A DNA stretch of 36,809 nucleotides from Clostridia bacterium (GTDB taxonomy: Bacteria > Bacillota > Clostridia > Christensenellales > UBA1242). The notes below the pieces were generated by a model that saw only the letters and a program-made list of their open reading frames with translations, searched no databases and had not been told where the DNA came from. The position numbers and the translations under genes are program-made. Location: positions 1-36,809 of the forward strand of contig JAZOQJ010000028.1 of NCBI GenBank assembly GCA_045655985.1, written 5' to 3'. The number at the start of each line of letters is the position of its first letter. The stretch's first letter is position 1. This document shows, one piece after another, positions 23,589 through 31,442 of the stretch.

Positions 23589-24611
23589 TTACCTAGTACC
23601 AATATTTTTTAAGAATTTTAGGTTACCTGAATTTAAAATTCTAATATCTTTAACACCAAAACGCATCATGGCAAGTCTTGTTAAGCCCAAACCAAATGCA
23701 AAACCTTGATTTGTTTTTGGGTCAACGCCACCCATTTCTAAAACGCGTGGATGAATCATGCCACAAGGGCAAAGTTCTATCCAGCCTCCATTTTTGCAGG
23801 TAGCACAGCCCTTACCATTACAGAATGGGCAAGAAATATCTAGTTCAAAGCCAGGTTCAACGAATGGGAAAAAGCCTGGACGAAGCCTTACATCAATATC
23901 TCTTTTTAAAACTTTAGAAAGCATTTGCTTCATAAAGTAAATTAAGTTTGCAATAGAAATGTCAGGACCAACCATCATGCCTTCTAGTTGGAAGAAAGTG
24001 TTTTCGTGGCTTGCGTCCATGCTTTCATTTCTAAAGCACCTACCTGGGAAAATAACCTTGCAAGGTGAACCATAAGTTTTTAAAATTCTGTTTTGAGCGG
24101 CAGAGGTTTGAGTTTTTAACACTTCGCCATTTTCTAGCCAGAAAGTGTCTTGCATATCACGTGCTGGATGGTTTTTAGGAACGTTTACCGCTTCAAAGTT
24201 GTTGTATTCGGTTTCAACTTCATTGCCGTCTTCCACCACAAAGCCCATAGATTTAAACACTTCTTCAACTTCTTTTTGAACAATTGTAACAGGATGAAGT
24301 GACCCCTCTTTTTTAGTGCTTGGCAAAGTAATATCATAAAGTTCGCAACTTGCAAGTTCTTGTTCAATTTCAAGTTGTTCAATCATTTTTTCGGTTTCAT
24401 TTAAAGCATTAGCCACTTCTTGTTTAAAGTCGTTAATAGCAATACCATATTCACGCCTTTGATCAGATGGCACATCTTTTAAACCTTGCAAAGCCTCAGT
24501 AATTTTACCTTTTTTACCCAAAAATTCTAGTCTTAAATTTTCTAGTTCTTCGCAAGAAGCAATCGCTTTAATTTTGTGTTCAAATTCTAATCTTAAATTT
24601 AAAATATCCAT
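23589..24611 (-). CDS. pheS: phenylalanine--tRNA ligase alpha subunit
   Basis: 340 aa. HPARDMQDTFW, GRCFRNESMDASHENTFFQLEG and GFAFGLGLTRLAMMRFGVKDIR match class II motifs 1-3 of PheS. Confidence 0.92.
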   Translation of the reverse strand: MDILNLRLEFEHKIKAIASCEELENLRLEFLGKKGKITEALQGLKDVPSDQRREYGIAINDFKQEVANALNETEKMIEQLEIEQELASCELYDITLPSTKKEGSLHPVTIVQKEVEEVFKSMGFVVEDGNEVETEYNNFEAVNVPKNHPARDMQDTFWLENGEVLKTQTSAAQNRILKTYGSPCKVIFPGRCFRNESMDASHENTFFQLEGMMVGPDISIANLIYFMKQMLSKVLKRDIDVRLRPGFFPFVEPGFELDISCPFCNGKGCATCKNGGWIELCPCGMIHPRVLEMGGVDPKTNQGFAFGLGLTRLAMMRFGVKDIRILNSGNLKFLKNIGTR

Positions 24612-24663
24612 AAATACCTCTCTTATATTTTTTCATTTTTTACTTGTTTTTTTACTTTATTGA

Positions 24664-25371
24664 TTATCTTTTACTAAACTCAAACATTGCAATACCTACG
24701 CTCATAGGTAAATTTAGGCTATCTATTTTATTTGAGTGGTTTATTAAAACGCTTGTGCCTTTTTGGGTGTAGTCACGTGGCAAGCCCGTTGCCTCATTCC
24801 CAAATACTAAGGCAAAGTTTTCTTTAGGGGTTTTAAACTCGCCTAAATTTTTTTCGCCATTTAACATAAATAAGTACAGTGGCAAGGTGTTTTCGCGTTC
24901 AAAATCTTCAAAACTTTCAAACTCTTTAACACTTAAACTAAACACAGCGCCCATAGATGCCCTAATAACTTTAGGATTAAAATAGTCTGCACAAGGTTTT
25001 ATTAAACTAATATTTGTAAAACCAAAGCCTAGTGCAGTTCTAAAAATTGTGCCTAGGTTGCCCATATCGCTAGGGTTAACCAAAACAAGTTGTTTACCCT
25101 CTTTTGTAAAAGGTTTTTTAAACTTTTTAAACACGCCAATTACAAAGCAATTTTCTTTTGGCGAAAGTTTGTTAATTAATTTATCGTTGGTCTCAATTTG
25201 CACATTTTTGCTGTTTGCCAAGGCAATTAAATTACCAACATCTTGCGTTTTTATAAGTTTACTTGAAAATATTAACTTTTCCACATATTCTGCACAATTT
25301 GTGAGTAATTCAAAAGTTGGAAACAAGCCTAAAGTAAAACTTAAAGAGCCGTCCTTTTCGTATTTTTGCAT
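24664..25371 (-). CDS. TrmH/SpoU-family RNA 2'-O-methyltransferase (YsgA-like)
   Basis: 235 aa. Motifs NPSDMGNLGTIFRTALGFG, VFGNEATGLP and IDSLNLPMSVGIAMFE. It sits upstream of pheS, like ysgA in Bacillus. Confidence 0.8.
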   Translation of the reverse strand: MQKYEKDGSLSFTLGLFPTFELLTNCAEYVEKLIFSSKLIKTQDVGNLIALANSKNVQIETNDKLINKLSPKENCFVIGVFKKFKKPFTKEGKQLVLVNPSDMGNLGTIFRTALGFGFTNISLIKPCADYFNPKVIRASMGAVFSLSVKEFESFEDFERENTLPLYLFMLNGEKNLGEFKTPKENFALVFGNEATGLPRDYTQKGTSVLINHSNKIDSLNLPMSVGIAMFEFSKR

Positions 25372-25388
25372 TATACTCTCCTTAATAT

Positions 25389-25964
25389 TTATTTTTCAAA
25401 AGTATCACAACTATTTTTTTCATTTAAAATTGTATTATATTTTTCAATCATGCGTTTTGTCGCAGGGTCGGTTACTACTTTTAAAGCATCCGCTATTTTT
25501 AACCAAACAAGACTATCTGATTCACTGCTTTTCACGAAATTTTTTTGACTCACTTCAAATAGATACCTAAAATCGTAATGAATGTGAGAAGGCATTTTGC
25601 TATCGTGCTTAAAAGTAAATTTACTAAGGTCAAATATTAAGTTTTGTACCTTAAACTTTTGAATGCCTGTTTCCTCCCTAATTTCGCGCACGGCTATTTC
25701 AAAAGGTTTTTCTTCATCATCTTCTGCGTGCCCGCCAAAACCAATAAGTTTATTTAATTTTTTATGGTAATTTAATAACACATAGTCACCACACACAACA
25801 AGTCCGCCTGCTGTTATATGACCGTTAGGGTCATTTTTATCAAATGGGTCTTGAGAATTTAAAATAAACTCTTCCATTTCCAAGCACAAAGATATGTCGC
25901 AATAATATTTTGCGCCATACCTATCTAGTTGAGCAATTAAATCAAGCTTGTCCAATATTTTCAT
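25389..25964 (-). CDS. Nudix hydrolase
   Basis: 191 aa. The Nudix box GGHAEDDEEKPFEIAVREIREETGI fits GX5EX7REUXEEXGU. SD is GAGGT. Confidence 0.8.
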   Translation of the reverse strand: MKILDKLDLIAQLDRYGAKYYCDISLCLEMEEFILNSQDPFDKNDPNGHITAGGLVVCGDYVLLNYHKKLNKLIGFGGHAEDDEEKPFEIAVREIREETGIQKFKVQNLIFDLSKFTFKHDSKMPSHIHYDFRYLFEVSQKNFVKSSESDSLVWLKIADALKVVTDPATKRMIEKYNTILNEKNSCDTFEK

Positions 25965-25972
25965 ACTACCTC

Positions 25973-26233
25973 AAAAAACAAAAACGCCCCCAAAAGCAAA
26001 CGCTTTAAGGGACGATAAAATTTTTTACCGTGTTACCACCCAAATTGATTAATTTTAATAATTAACCCACTCATTTAAGTTTTTAACGTAAACCACCCGA
26101 ATGTTATTTCTAACACCAACTCCCGCAAGCGAACTTCGTGCTATACAATTCCTTTTTTCACTTACAGCCCATGGTGAAAAATCTCTAATAGTTTTTATAT
26201 AGCCTTACTAAAAATGCGATCTTTGTTTTTACT
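25973..26233 (-). promoter_or_regulatory. T-box leader riboswitch, specifier UUC (tRNA-Phe), with intrinsic terminator
   Basis: The minus strand reads ...TTAGAGA...GAAG-TTC-G-CTTGCGGGAG (specifier at 26133..26131). The T-box sequence is AATTTGGGTGGTAACACGG (complement of 26028..26041). The terminator stems are 26003..26014 and 25985..25996, followed by TTTTTGTTTTTT, which abuts the Nudix SD. Confidence 0.85.
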
Positions 26234-26239
26234 AGGCAT

Positions 26240-26268
26240 ATAGTATCATATTTATTAACTTTTGTCAA
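26240..26268 (-). promoter_or_regulatory. sigma-A promoter TTGACA-17-TACTAT for the Phe T-box operon
   Basis: Minus strand: TTGACA (26268..26263), 17-nt spacer, TACTAT (26245..26240). Confidence 0.6.
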
Positions 26269-26284
26269 GGAAAGATTTTAAACT

Positions 26285-27403
26285 TTACAAAACTCCCCAA
26301 ATAAAAGTAAATATTGTTATTAAAATGCCTAATAAAAGCGACCCTATTAAAAATATTTTATTTAATAAGCTAATTTTAATATTATCAGCCTCCCCACGAG
26401 GTATCATAATATCAACAACGCTATTAATGCCTTTAAACCTTTCTTTGAAATAAATATCAAAACCGACTTTTGCTTCTTCTGGAGTTATAGGGTTTTGCGC
26501 GTCAACCTCAGAAAAATCAAGCGACAATAATTGAAAGTCTTTTTCAATTTCCCTATAACGAGTTTCGCGAAATAACAGCGCAATTAAATAAACAATTCCT
26601 AAAACGACTAAGCAAATTGTAAGTGTAGAAATTAAAAAGCCCAAACCAAAACTTTGCGTAAAAATAGTATAAATATAATTGCTTAAGTTTCCAAAAGGAA
26701 GCCCTTTGTTTGCAGCAAACTCTAAATACACATTTATAAAATTATTAGTAAAATGCATTATAACCGCAGGCCAAATATTATTTGTAGCAATTGCAACATA
26801 GCCCATAATAAAACCAAGAACAATTGCATAAAACACTTGATTTACATTAAGGTGCATAAGGCCAAATAAAACCGATGAAATTATTAGCGCTCTTTTATAA
26901 CCAATATGATTTTTAGCTTCGTTTAAAACAAAACCCCTATGCAAAAATTCCTCACATAAAGCCGGAAGTACAGCCACGCATACAACACCTACAACAAATT
27001 TTAAAAGCGTGTCATAAGTGTATGAGGACGACACTAAACTGCGAAGCCCTTCATAGCCGAACATTGAAAGTATTGCTGAAAATATAAACGCTACAAAAAA
27101 GTTTAATATGCAGGTTAAAATACCAAGTAAAAAACTATACATTATGCATTTTGGGGAAAGTTTTTGAAACTTATATTCTTTAAAAATTGTTTTTGTTTTG
27201 TTTTTTGTAAATATTTTTATAAGTACAAACGGTAGTAAAAATAGTATTAAAATTTGGATTATGACTGAAGACACAATACTTAAAATTGTTTGGTCTTTAA
27301 TAAATGAAAAAGCGCCTAAACTACTTGCAATGCGCAACAAAACAAACGTGAAAATCACGATAAAATATATTAAATATGTTTTGTTTATTGAAAGTTTTTT
27401 CAT
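26285..27403 (-). CDS. CPBP-family (CAAX/Abi) intramembrane glutamic endopeptidase
   Basis: 372 aa, polytopic. Motifs CEEFLHRGF, FGLMH and MHFTNNF. Confidence 0.85.
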   Translation of the reverse strand: MKKLSINKTYLIYFIVIFTFVLLRIASSLGAFSFIKDQTILSIVSSVIIQILILFLLPFVLIKIFTKNKTKTIFKEYKFQKLSPKCIMYSFLLGILTCILNFFVAFIFSAILSMFGYEGLRSLVSSSYTYDTLLKFVVGVVCVAVLPALCEEFLHRGFVLNEAKNHIGYKRALIISSVLFGLMHLNVNQVFYAIVLGFIMGYVAIATNNIWPAVIMHFTNNFINVYLEFAANKGLPFGNLSNYIYTIFTQSFGLGFLISTLTICLVVLGIVYLIALLFRETRYREIEKDFQLLSLDFSEVDAQNPITPEEAKVGFDIYFKERFKGINSVVDIMIPRGEADNIKISLLNKIFLIGSLLLGILITIFTFIWGVL

Positions 27404-27470
27404 TTACTAATTTTCCTAAATTTTATATACAACTTTATTATATGATTTTTGTTTTGCTTTATTGCACAAA

Positions 27471-28517
27471 TTAAATTAAAAATCCAGCAACAATGGTAAC
27501 TATCCAAGTAAACACACCTATAAATACAGATACAGTCAATGCCCCTTTGTCGTCAAAATATTCTATTTTTGCTGGTGCAAAATCTCTTGTATCAGTTGAA
27601 TTTTGAATATCTTTATTTGTATTTTCTATAAAACTTTCAGGGGCAAGATTTTCAATAATTTCGCCTTGTTTTTTATGACATAACTTTTTAAACAGTTTAC
27701 ATAGCAAAACAATAACGCCAACTGCACCTAATGCAATAATAATAGGCAAGAAATAATCCCAAAAGATAGTATATTTTGTAACCCAAGCGTCTTTTACAAT
27801 AAAGTTCACAACAAGCACTGTCGCGTTGTTAAAAAAATGTAAAATTATGGCATAAATTATATTACCTGAATTATACACAATAAACGCCAATACTAATCCC
27901 AATATGAATTGATATATACATTGTTCTAAACTCATATGCAAAATCATAAACATTAGGGCACAAATTAAAAGCGCTTTTTTATATGATAAACTTTTCAAAC
28001 CACCCAATATAACGCCACGCATTGAAAGTTCTTCGCAAAGCGCCGGCATGATAGCCATAACAAAAAGAGCAACTAATAAAAGCCAAAAGTTTTGAGTTGC
28101 ACCAAACAGGCTTGTTGAAATACTTACATTGTAGCCAATTTTTGAAAGCACAACAGTTATCATGTCCGAAAACCAATTAAATCCAAACAGCGCAACAAGT
28201 CCAATAGCAATACAAATTAAAACTTTTTTATAGTCAAGTTTAAAATTAATATTATTTGCCTTTCTAAAATTTACATTTCGCTTTTTTGAAACAATAAAAA
28301 CACCGCATAAAATTGAAATTTGAATTATAAAACTACTTATAAAACTACCAGCGGTTCCAGTAAGTAAAAATTTTGCGACATTACTTTCACCAAAAAAAAT
28401 TTGCACAACTAATGAAAATGTAAAGTAAATTAAGTACGGCAAAAAAATAGCCAAAATAAACATTAGCGAAGTATCTTTTACAGTATAATGATTTGTTTTA
28501 TTAACTTGGTTTTTCAC
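27471..28517 (-). CDS. CPBP-family (CAAX/Abi) intramembrane glutamic endopeptidase, paralog, GTG start
   Basis: 348 aa, polytopic. Motifs CEELSMRGV, FMILH and LHFFNN. The start codon is GTG at 28517..28515, with GAGG 9 nt upstream. Confidence 0.85.
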   Translation of the reverse strand: MKNQVNKTNHYTVKDTSLMFILAIFLPYLIYFTFSLVVQIFFGESNVAKFLLTGTAGSFISSFIIQISILCGVFIVSKKRNVNFRKANNINFKLDYKKVLICIAIGLVALFGFNWFSDMITVVLSKIGYNVSISTSLFGATQNFWLLLVALFVMAIMPALCEELSMRGVILGGLKSLSYKKALLICALMFMILHMSLEQCIYQFILGLVLAFIVYNSGNIIYAIILHFFNNATVLVVNFIVKDAWVTKYTIFWDYFLPIIIALGAVGVIVLLCKLFKKLCHKKQGEIIENLAPESFIENTNKDIQNSTDTRDFAPAKIEYFDDKGALTVSVFIGVFTWIVTIVAGFLI

Positions 28518-28585
28518 TTTTACGCCTCAATAAATATTATTTTCTTGCATTATATCACAAAACCCATAATTTTCAAAAAAATAAA

Positions 28586-29104
28586 CTAGTTTTTTTGACG
28601 TTCGCTTTCTTTAATTTCTTTTTTTTCTTTATTGTATAAAGAATATGAAACGCCAAACGCTCCAAACCCTAAAGACGCCGAGCAAAGCGTAGCCACACAA
28701 AAAGCGTTTGAAATATTTTTATAATCATTCGTCTTTTTATCTAATTCGTTAACTTTTTCATCGTTAAAGTATTGCGGATAATTATCATACATATACTCTC
28801 TAAAACTATCACTATAACTGTATTCTTTATATTCATCATACTCTTTTTTTGATATTATTTTGTCTTGATAATAAAGTTTATAAATATAATTGCTATATTC
28901 TATCCACACTCCGTCAGATCTGTCTTCTCCTCTCAAATATTCAGTAATTGCCACAAGTTCATCTTCATGAGCACGAGTTTCGCAAATTTTAAAAATAACT
29001 GCAGGTATAGTTAGCCCCACTGTAATACCCGCGCAAGTAATTAATGAAATTAAAGAATATTTAACCTTGTCTGTAAGTGAAATTTTAACTGTACGTTTTT
29101 TCAT
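28586..29104 (-). CDS. hypothetical two-TM membrane protein with Tyr/Asp/Glu-rich loop
   Basis: 172 aa. TM helices near aa 18-38 and 135-155. The loop is rich in YxxY/DE (KEYDEYKEYSYSDSFREYMYDNYPQYF). SD is GGGAG. No family recognised. Confidence 0.6.
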   Translation of the reverse strand: MKKRTVKISLTDKVKYSLISLITCAGITVGLTIPAVIFKICETRAHEDELVAITEYLRGEDRSDGVWIEYSNYIYKLYYQDKIISKKEYDEYKEYSYSDSFREYMYDNYPQYFNDEKVNELDKKTNDYKNISNAFCVATLCSASLGFGAFGVSYSLYNKEKKEIKESERQKN

Positions 29105-29209
29105 ATATTTAATCTCCCAAAATAATAATATACTTTTATAAAATTTTAATCAAGTAATCCAAAAAATTTATAATTATTGTATAATTTAATTTTCATAAAA
29201 AAACACGCC

Positions 29210-29238
29210 TTGACACAGCCTAAAAAAATTGATATAAT
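29210..29238 (+). promoter_or_regulatory. consensus sigma-A promoter TTGACA-17-TATAAT for queH
   Basis: TTGACA at 29210..29215, 17-nt spacer, TATAAT at 29233..29238. It lies inside the 5' extension of the track ORF, which supports the downstream ATG as the real start. Confidence 0.65.
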
Positions 29239-29260
29239 TTATTTGATAAAGGAAAATAAT

Positions 29261-29806
29261 ATGAAAAAACTTTTACTACATGCTTGCTGTGCACCATGTT
29301 CTAGCGGTGTCCTACCTCAAATTTATAAGGATTATGATATAACCCTTTATTTTTACAACCCTAATTTAGATAGTGAAACTGAATTTAATAAAAGATTAGA
29401 AGCAGTGTATAAATTGGTAAATGCGTTTAATACCGAATTTAATACCAATGTAAAATTAGTTGTTCCACCATTTAACAAACAGGAATTTTTAGGTAAGGTA
29501 CAAAATTTGTTAAATGAAAAAGAAGGTGGCAAAAGGTGCGACGTTTGCTTTAGTATACGTCTTCAGGAAACTGCAAAATACGCAAAAGAAAATAGCTTTG
29601 ATTTATTTGCAACAACGCTTACCATTAGCCCACATAAAAATTTTGAAACAATTAACAAAATTGGTCAAAATATAGGTAGCAGTTTGGGTGTAGAATATTT
29701 GCCAAGCAACTTTAAAAAACATAACGGTTTTTTAATGTCAATTGAGTATTCAAAAAAATATGATTTATATAGGCAAACATACTGTGGCTGTAAACTTGGT
29801 CAATAA
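29261..29806 (+). CDS. queH: epoxyqueuosine reductase QueH (DUF208 family)
   Basis: The track ORF is 29177..29806. I start it at the ATG 29261 (MKKLLLHACCAPCS...), which has the SD AAAGGA. The conserved LHxCCAPC N-terminus, the internal Cys pair (KRCDVC) and the C-terminal QTYCGC match QueH. Confidence 0.85.
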   Translation: MKKLLLHACCAPCSSGVLPQIYKDYDITLYFYNPNLDSETEFNKRLEAVYKLVNAFNTEFNTNVKLVVPPFNKQEFLGKVQNLLNEKEGGKRCDVCFSIRLQETAKYAKENSFDLFATTLTISPHKNFETINKIGQNIGSSLGVEYLPSNFKKHNGFLMSIEYSKKYDLYRQTYCGCKLGQ

Positions 29807-29825
29807 AAATTCATATAAACTGCGT

Positions 29826-29860
29826 AAAAAAAATTCTCAATTTTTAGTGAGAATTTTTTT
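29826..29860. terminator. bidirectional intrinsic terminator between convergent genes
   Basis: AAAAAAAA-ATTCTCA-atttttag-TGAGAAT-TTTTTTT (stems 29833..29839 and 29847..29853). Confidence 0.8.
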
Positions 29861-29875
29861 GTTTTATAATACCAT

Positions 29876-30931
29876 TTAAATTAAAGTGAGTTTTACATTT
29901 TCTCCATTTTGCGCGCTTTGATAAGATAAATAATACCCTGCTCCATTTGGACTTTCGACATCAATAGGCAAAAACGAAAAATGATTATCAAAATTAAAAG
30001 GTTTATCTTCAATACTTTTTGCTGGATGCCCATAGCACAAATATTCAGGAGTGCCTTCTTCGTTATTTATAACACCTAAAACGTAATATGAACCGTTTTG
30101 TTTGTCAATCCTTACAAAAGTTGAGTTTGGCAAAATTTCTTCCAACACTTCTTCATGCTGACTTGCCGTAATCAAGCTATCAATTTGAGAAGAAAGCCCT
30201 TCGTAAAAACTCGTTTTAGCGCTTTGTCCTTTAGTAATTTCTTTTACCCCACTTGACAAAGCATTTATTTTTTCTTTAACACTTTCCTTAGATGATTCAT
30301 TTTTACAATAAAAATAATTTTTGTACATACAATTTTGACATTTGTTTTCGCTCTCGCCAACAAGGTCATCAATATAATTAGAAAATTCCTCTTCATATAA
30401 ATTTTCTTTTTCGTCTTCAGTTAATTTTTGCAATTCTTGATTTTTAAATTTTAAAACTTCGTTAGACTCTTTAAATTCTTCATCTTTAAAAAGATTTTGA
30501 GTTATCGCGTTTTGTTCATTTAGTTTTTCTTCCAACACTTTTTCAACCATTTTGTCTTGCTCAGTATTATCCATAAATTTAATCATTTCACTTGCATAAA
30601 TACTTGTAGTTTCAGTTGAGCCTATTAGCAGTGTATTTACTTTAGCGCCCACTTTTACAAGCACACAACTAATTTTTGCATTCAAAATATTTTCTGGATT
30701 TTCAAGAGAAAAAGCAAAACTATCTTGCCCATTTGGAATTTTAAACTTTGACATTTTATCGTTTATTTTAACTCCAAAAACAAGATTGTCTTTACTGTCT
30801 AAATTATAGCACCTTAAAAACCCCGTTGCTTTTGTGTTTAATATTTCAAAAGTGACTATACCTTTTTGATTAGATACACCGTCATACTCCGCAGGTGATA
30901 AAATAACATTTTTTTTGATTATTGTAGCCAT
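29876..30931 (-). CDS. hypothetical protein (N-terminal beta-rich module, acidic coiled-coil middle, CxxC-x8-C, conserved-looking C-terminal module)
   Basis: 351 aa with SD AAGGAG. There is no TM helix or signal peptide. The middle is EEKLNEQNAITQNLFKDEEFKESNEVLKFKNQELQKLTEDEKENLYEEE. The Cys cluster is CQNCMYKNYFYC. The C-terminus is YYVLGVINNEEGTPEYLCYGHP...GAGYYLSYQSAQNGE. No family recognised. Confidence 0.7.
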   Translation of the reverse strand: MATIIKKNVILSPAEYDGVSNQKGIVTFEILNTKATGFLRCYNLDSKDNLVFGVKINDKMSKFKIPNGQDSFAFSLENPENILNAKISCVLVKVGAKVNTLLIGSTETTSIYASEMIKFMDNTEQDKMVEKVLEEKLNEQNAITQNLFKDEEFKESNEVLKFKNQELQKLTEDEKENLYEEEFSNYIDDLVGESENKCQNCMYKNYFYCKNESSKESVKEKINALSSGVKEITKGQSAKTSFYEGLSSQIDSLITASQHEEVLEEILPNSTFVRIDKQNGSYYVLGVINNEEGTPEYLCYGHPAKSIEDKPFNFDNHFSFLPIDVESPNGAGYYLSYQSAQNGENVKLTLI

Positions 30932-31031
30932 ATAAAAACTCCTTGCACAAATTTAACTTTTACAACAAATCTTTTCAATACCTTTTTTTATGATAATTTG
31001 TCTTATTTTGTTAAAAATTAGCAAAGCACTT

Positions 31032-31298
31032 TTAATTATTATTAAATTTATACAAACGTTTTTCTTTATAATCTTTAACTTTTCTTATGCTCTCTTTTTC
31101 ATTAATAAAATCAAATAGTTTACATCCAACAACCTTTATAACTTTGTAAATTGTGTCCATGTAAAAATCATTTGCTCCATTTTGCATTTTACGTAATGTG
31201 CTTAAACTTATTTTACATATTTCACAAAACTCTTTTTTGCTTAACTTGTTCTTTATTAAATAGTCATTAATTAAATTATAGTTTATTAGTTTGTACAT
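31032..31298 (-). CDS. small XRE-family HTH regulator (cI-like arm of a divergent pair)
   Basis: 88 aa. The HTH-like segment is LSKKEFCEICKISLSTLRKMQNG. SD is GGGGT. Confidence 0.7.
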   Translation of the reverse strand: MYKLINYNLINDYLIKNKLSKKEFCEICKISLSTLRKMQNGANDFYMDTIYKVIKVVGCKLFDFINEKESIRKVKDYKEKRLYKFNNN

Positions 31299-31323
31299 AA
31301 TATATTACCCCATCAAATTTTTA

Positions 31324-31421
31324 GTGCGTATTCGCACATCAAATTATACTGCACTTCAAAACACATTGTCAAGAAAAATGTCCACATTCGCACAATTTGT
31401 TTGTCATGTGCGAAAATGCAT
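31324..31421. promoter_or_regulatory. three 14-bp operators of the form GTGCG-N4-CGCAC in the divergent promoter region
   Basis: O1 at 31324..31337 is GTGCGTATTCGCAC (both arms perfect). O2 at 31380..31393 is GTCCACATTCGCAC (right arm perfect). O3 at 31408..31421 is GTGCGAAAATGCAT (left arm perfect). Centre-to-centre spacings are 56 and 28 bp. Confidence 0.55.
31343..31372 (-). promoter_or_regulatory. sigma-A promoter TTGACA-18-TATAAT for the 88-aa XRE gene
   Basis: Minus strand: TTGACA (31372..31367), 18-nt spacer, TATAAT (31348..31343). The predicted start falls inside operator O1. Confidence 0.6.
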
Positions 31422-31426
31422 ATAAT
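31397..31426 (+). promoter_or_regulatory. promoter TTGTTT-18-TATAAT for the 67-aa XRE gene
   Basis: TTGTTT at 31397..31402 and TATAAT at 31421..31426. Operator O3 fills the spacer and touches the -10. Confidence 0.45.
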
Positions 31427-31442
31427 ATTTATGGAGGTATTT

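Noticed and set aside
20632-24382. ORF 20632..20850 (+) and the short ORFs inside pheT/pheS (21500..21703, 21827..22027, 22083..22274, 22090..22284, 22466..22807, 23758..23940, 24185..24382)
   Set aside because: They are overlapping, alternative-frame or antisense to genes with unambiguous identity.
25399-25409. GTATCACAACT, an 11-mer identical to the right arm and flank of motif copy B, at the 3' end of the Nudix gene
   Set aside because: Only the right half-site is present; the upstream 8-mer matches 4/8. It lies in coding sequence, and a single 11-mer recurrence is within chance for this composition.
25049-25570. 173-aa plus-strand ORF (and the 60-aa ORF at 25366..25548) across the TrmH/Nudix genes
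   Set aside because: It is antisense to two genes with clear catalytic motifs and spans their intergenic gap. No SD or promoter is present.
26262-28176. Short ORFs at 26262..26453 (+), 27198..27410 (+) and 27979..28176 (-) within the CPBP genes
   Set aside because: They are antisense or alternative-frame, lack SD sequences, and add nothing the CPBP frames do not explain.
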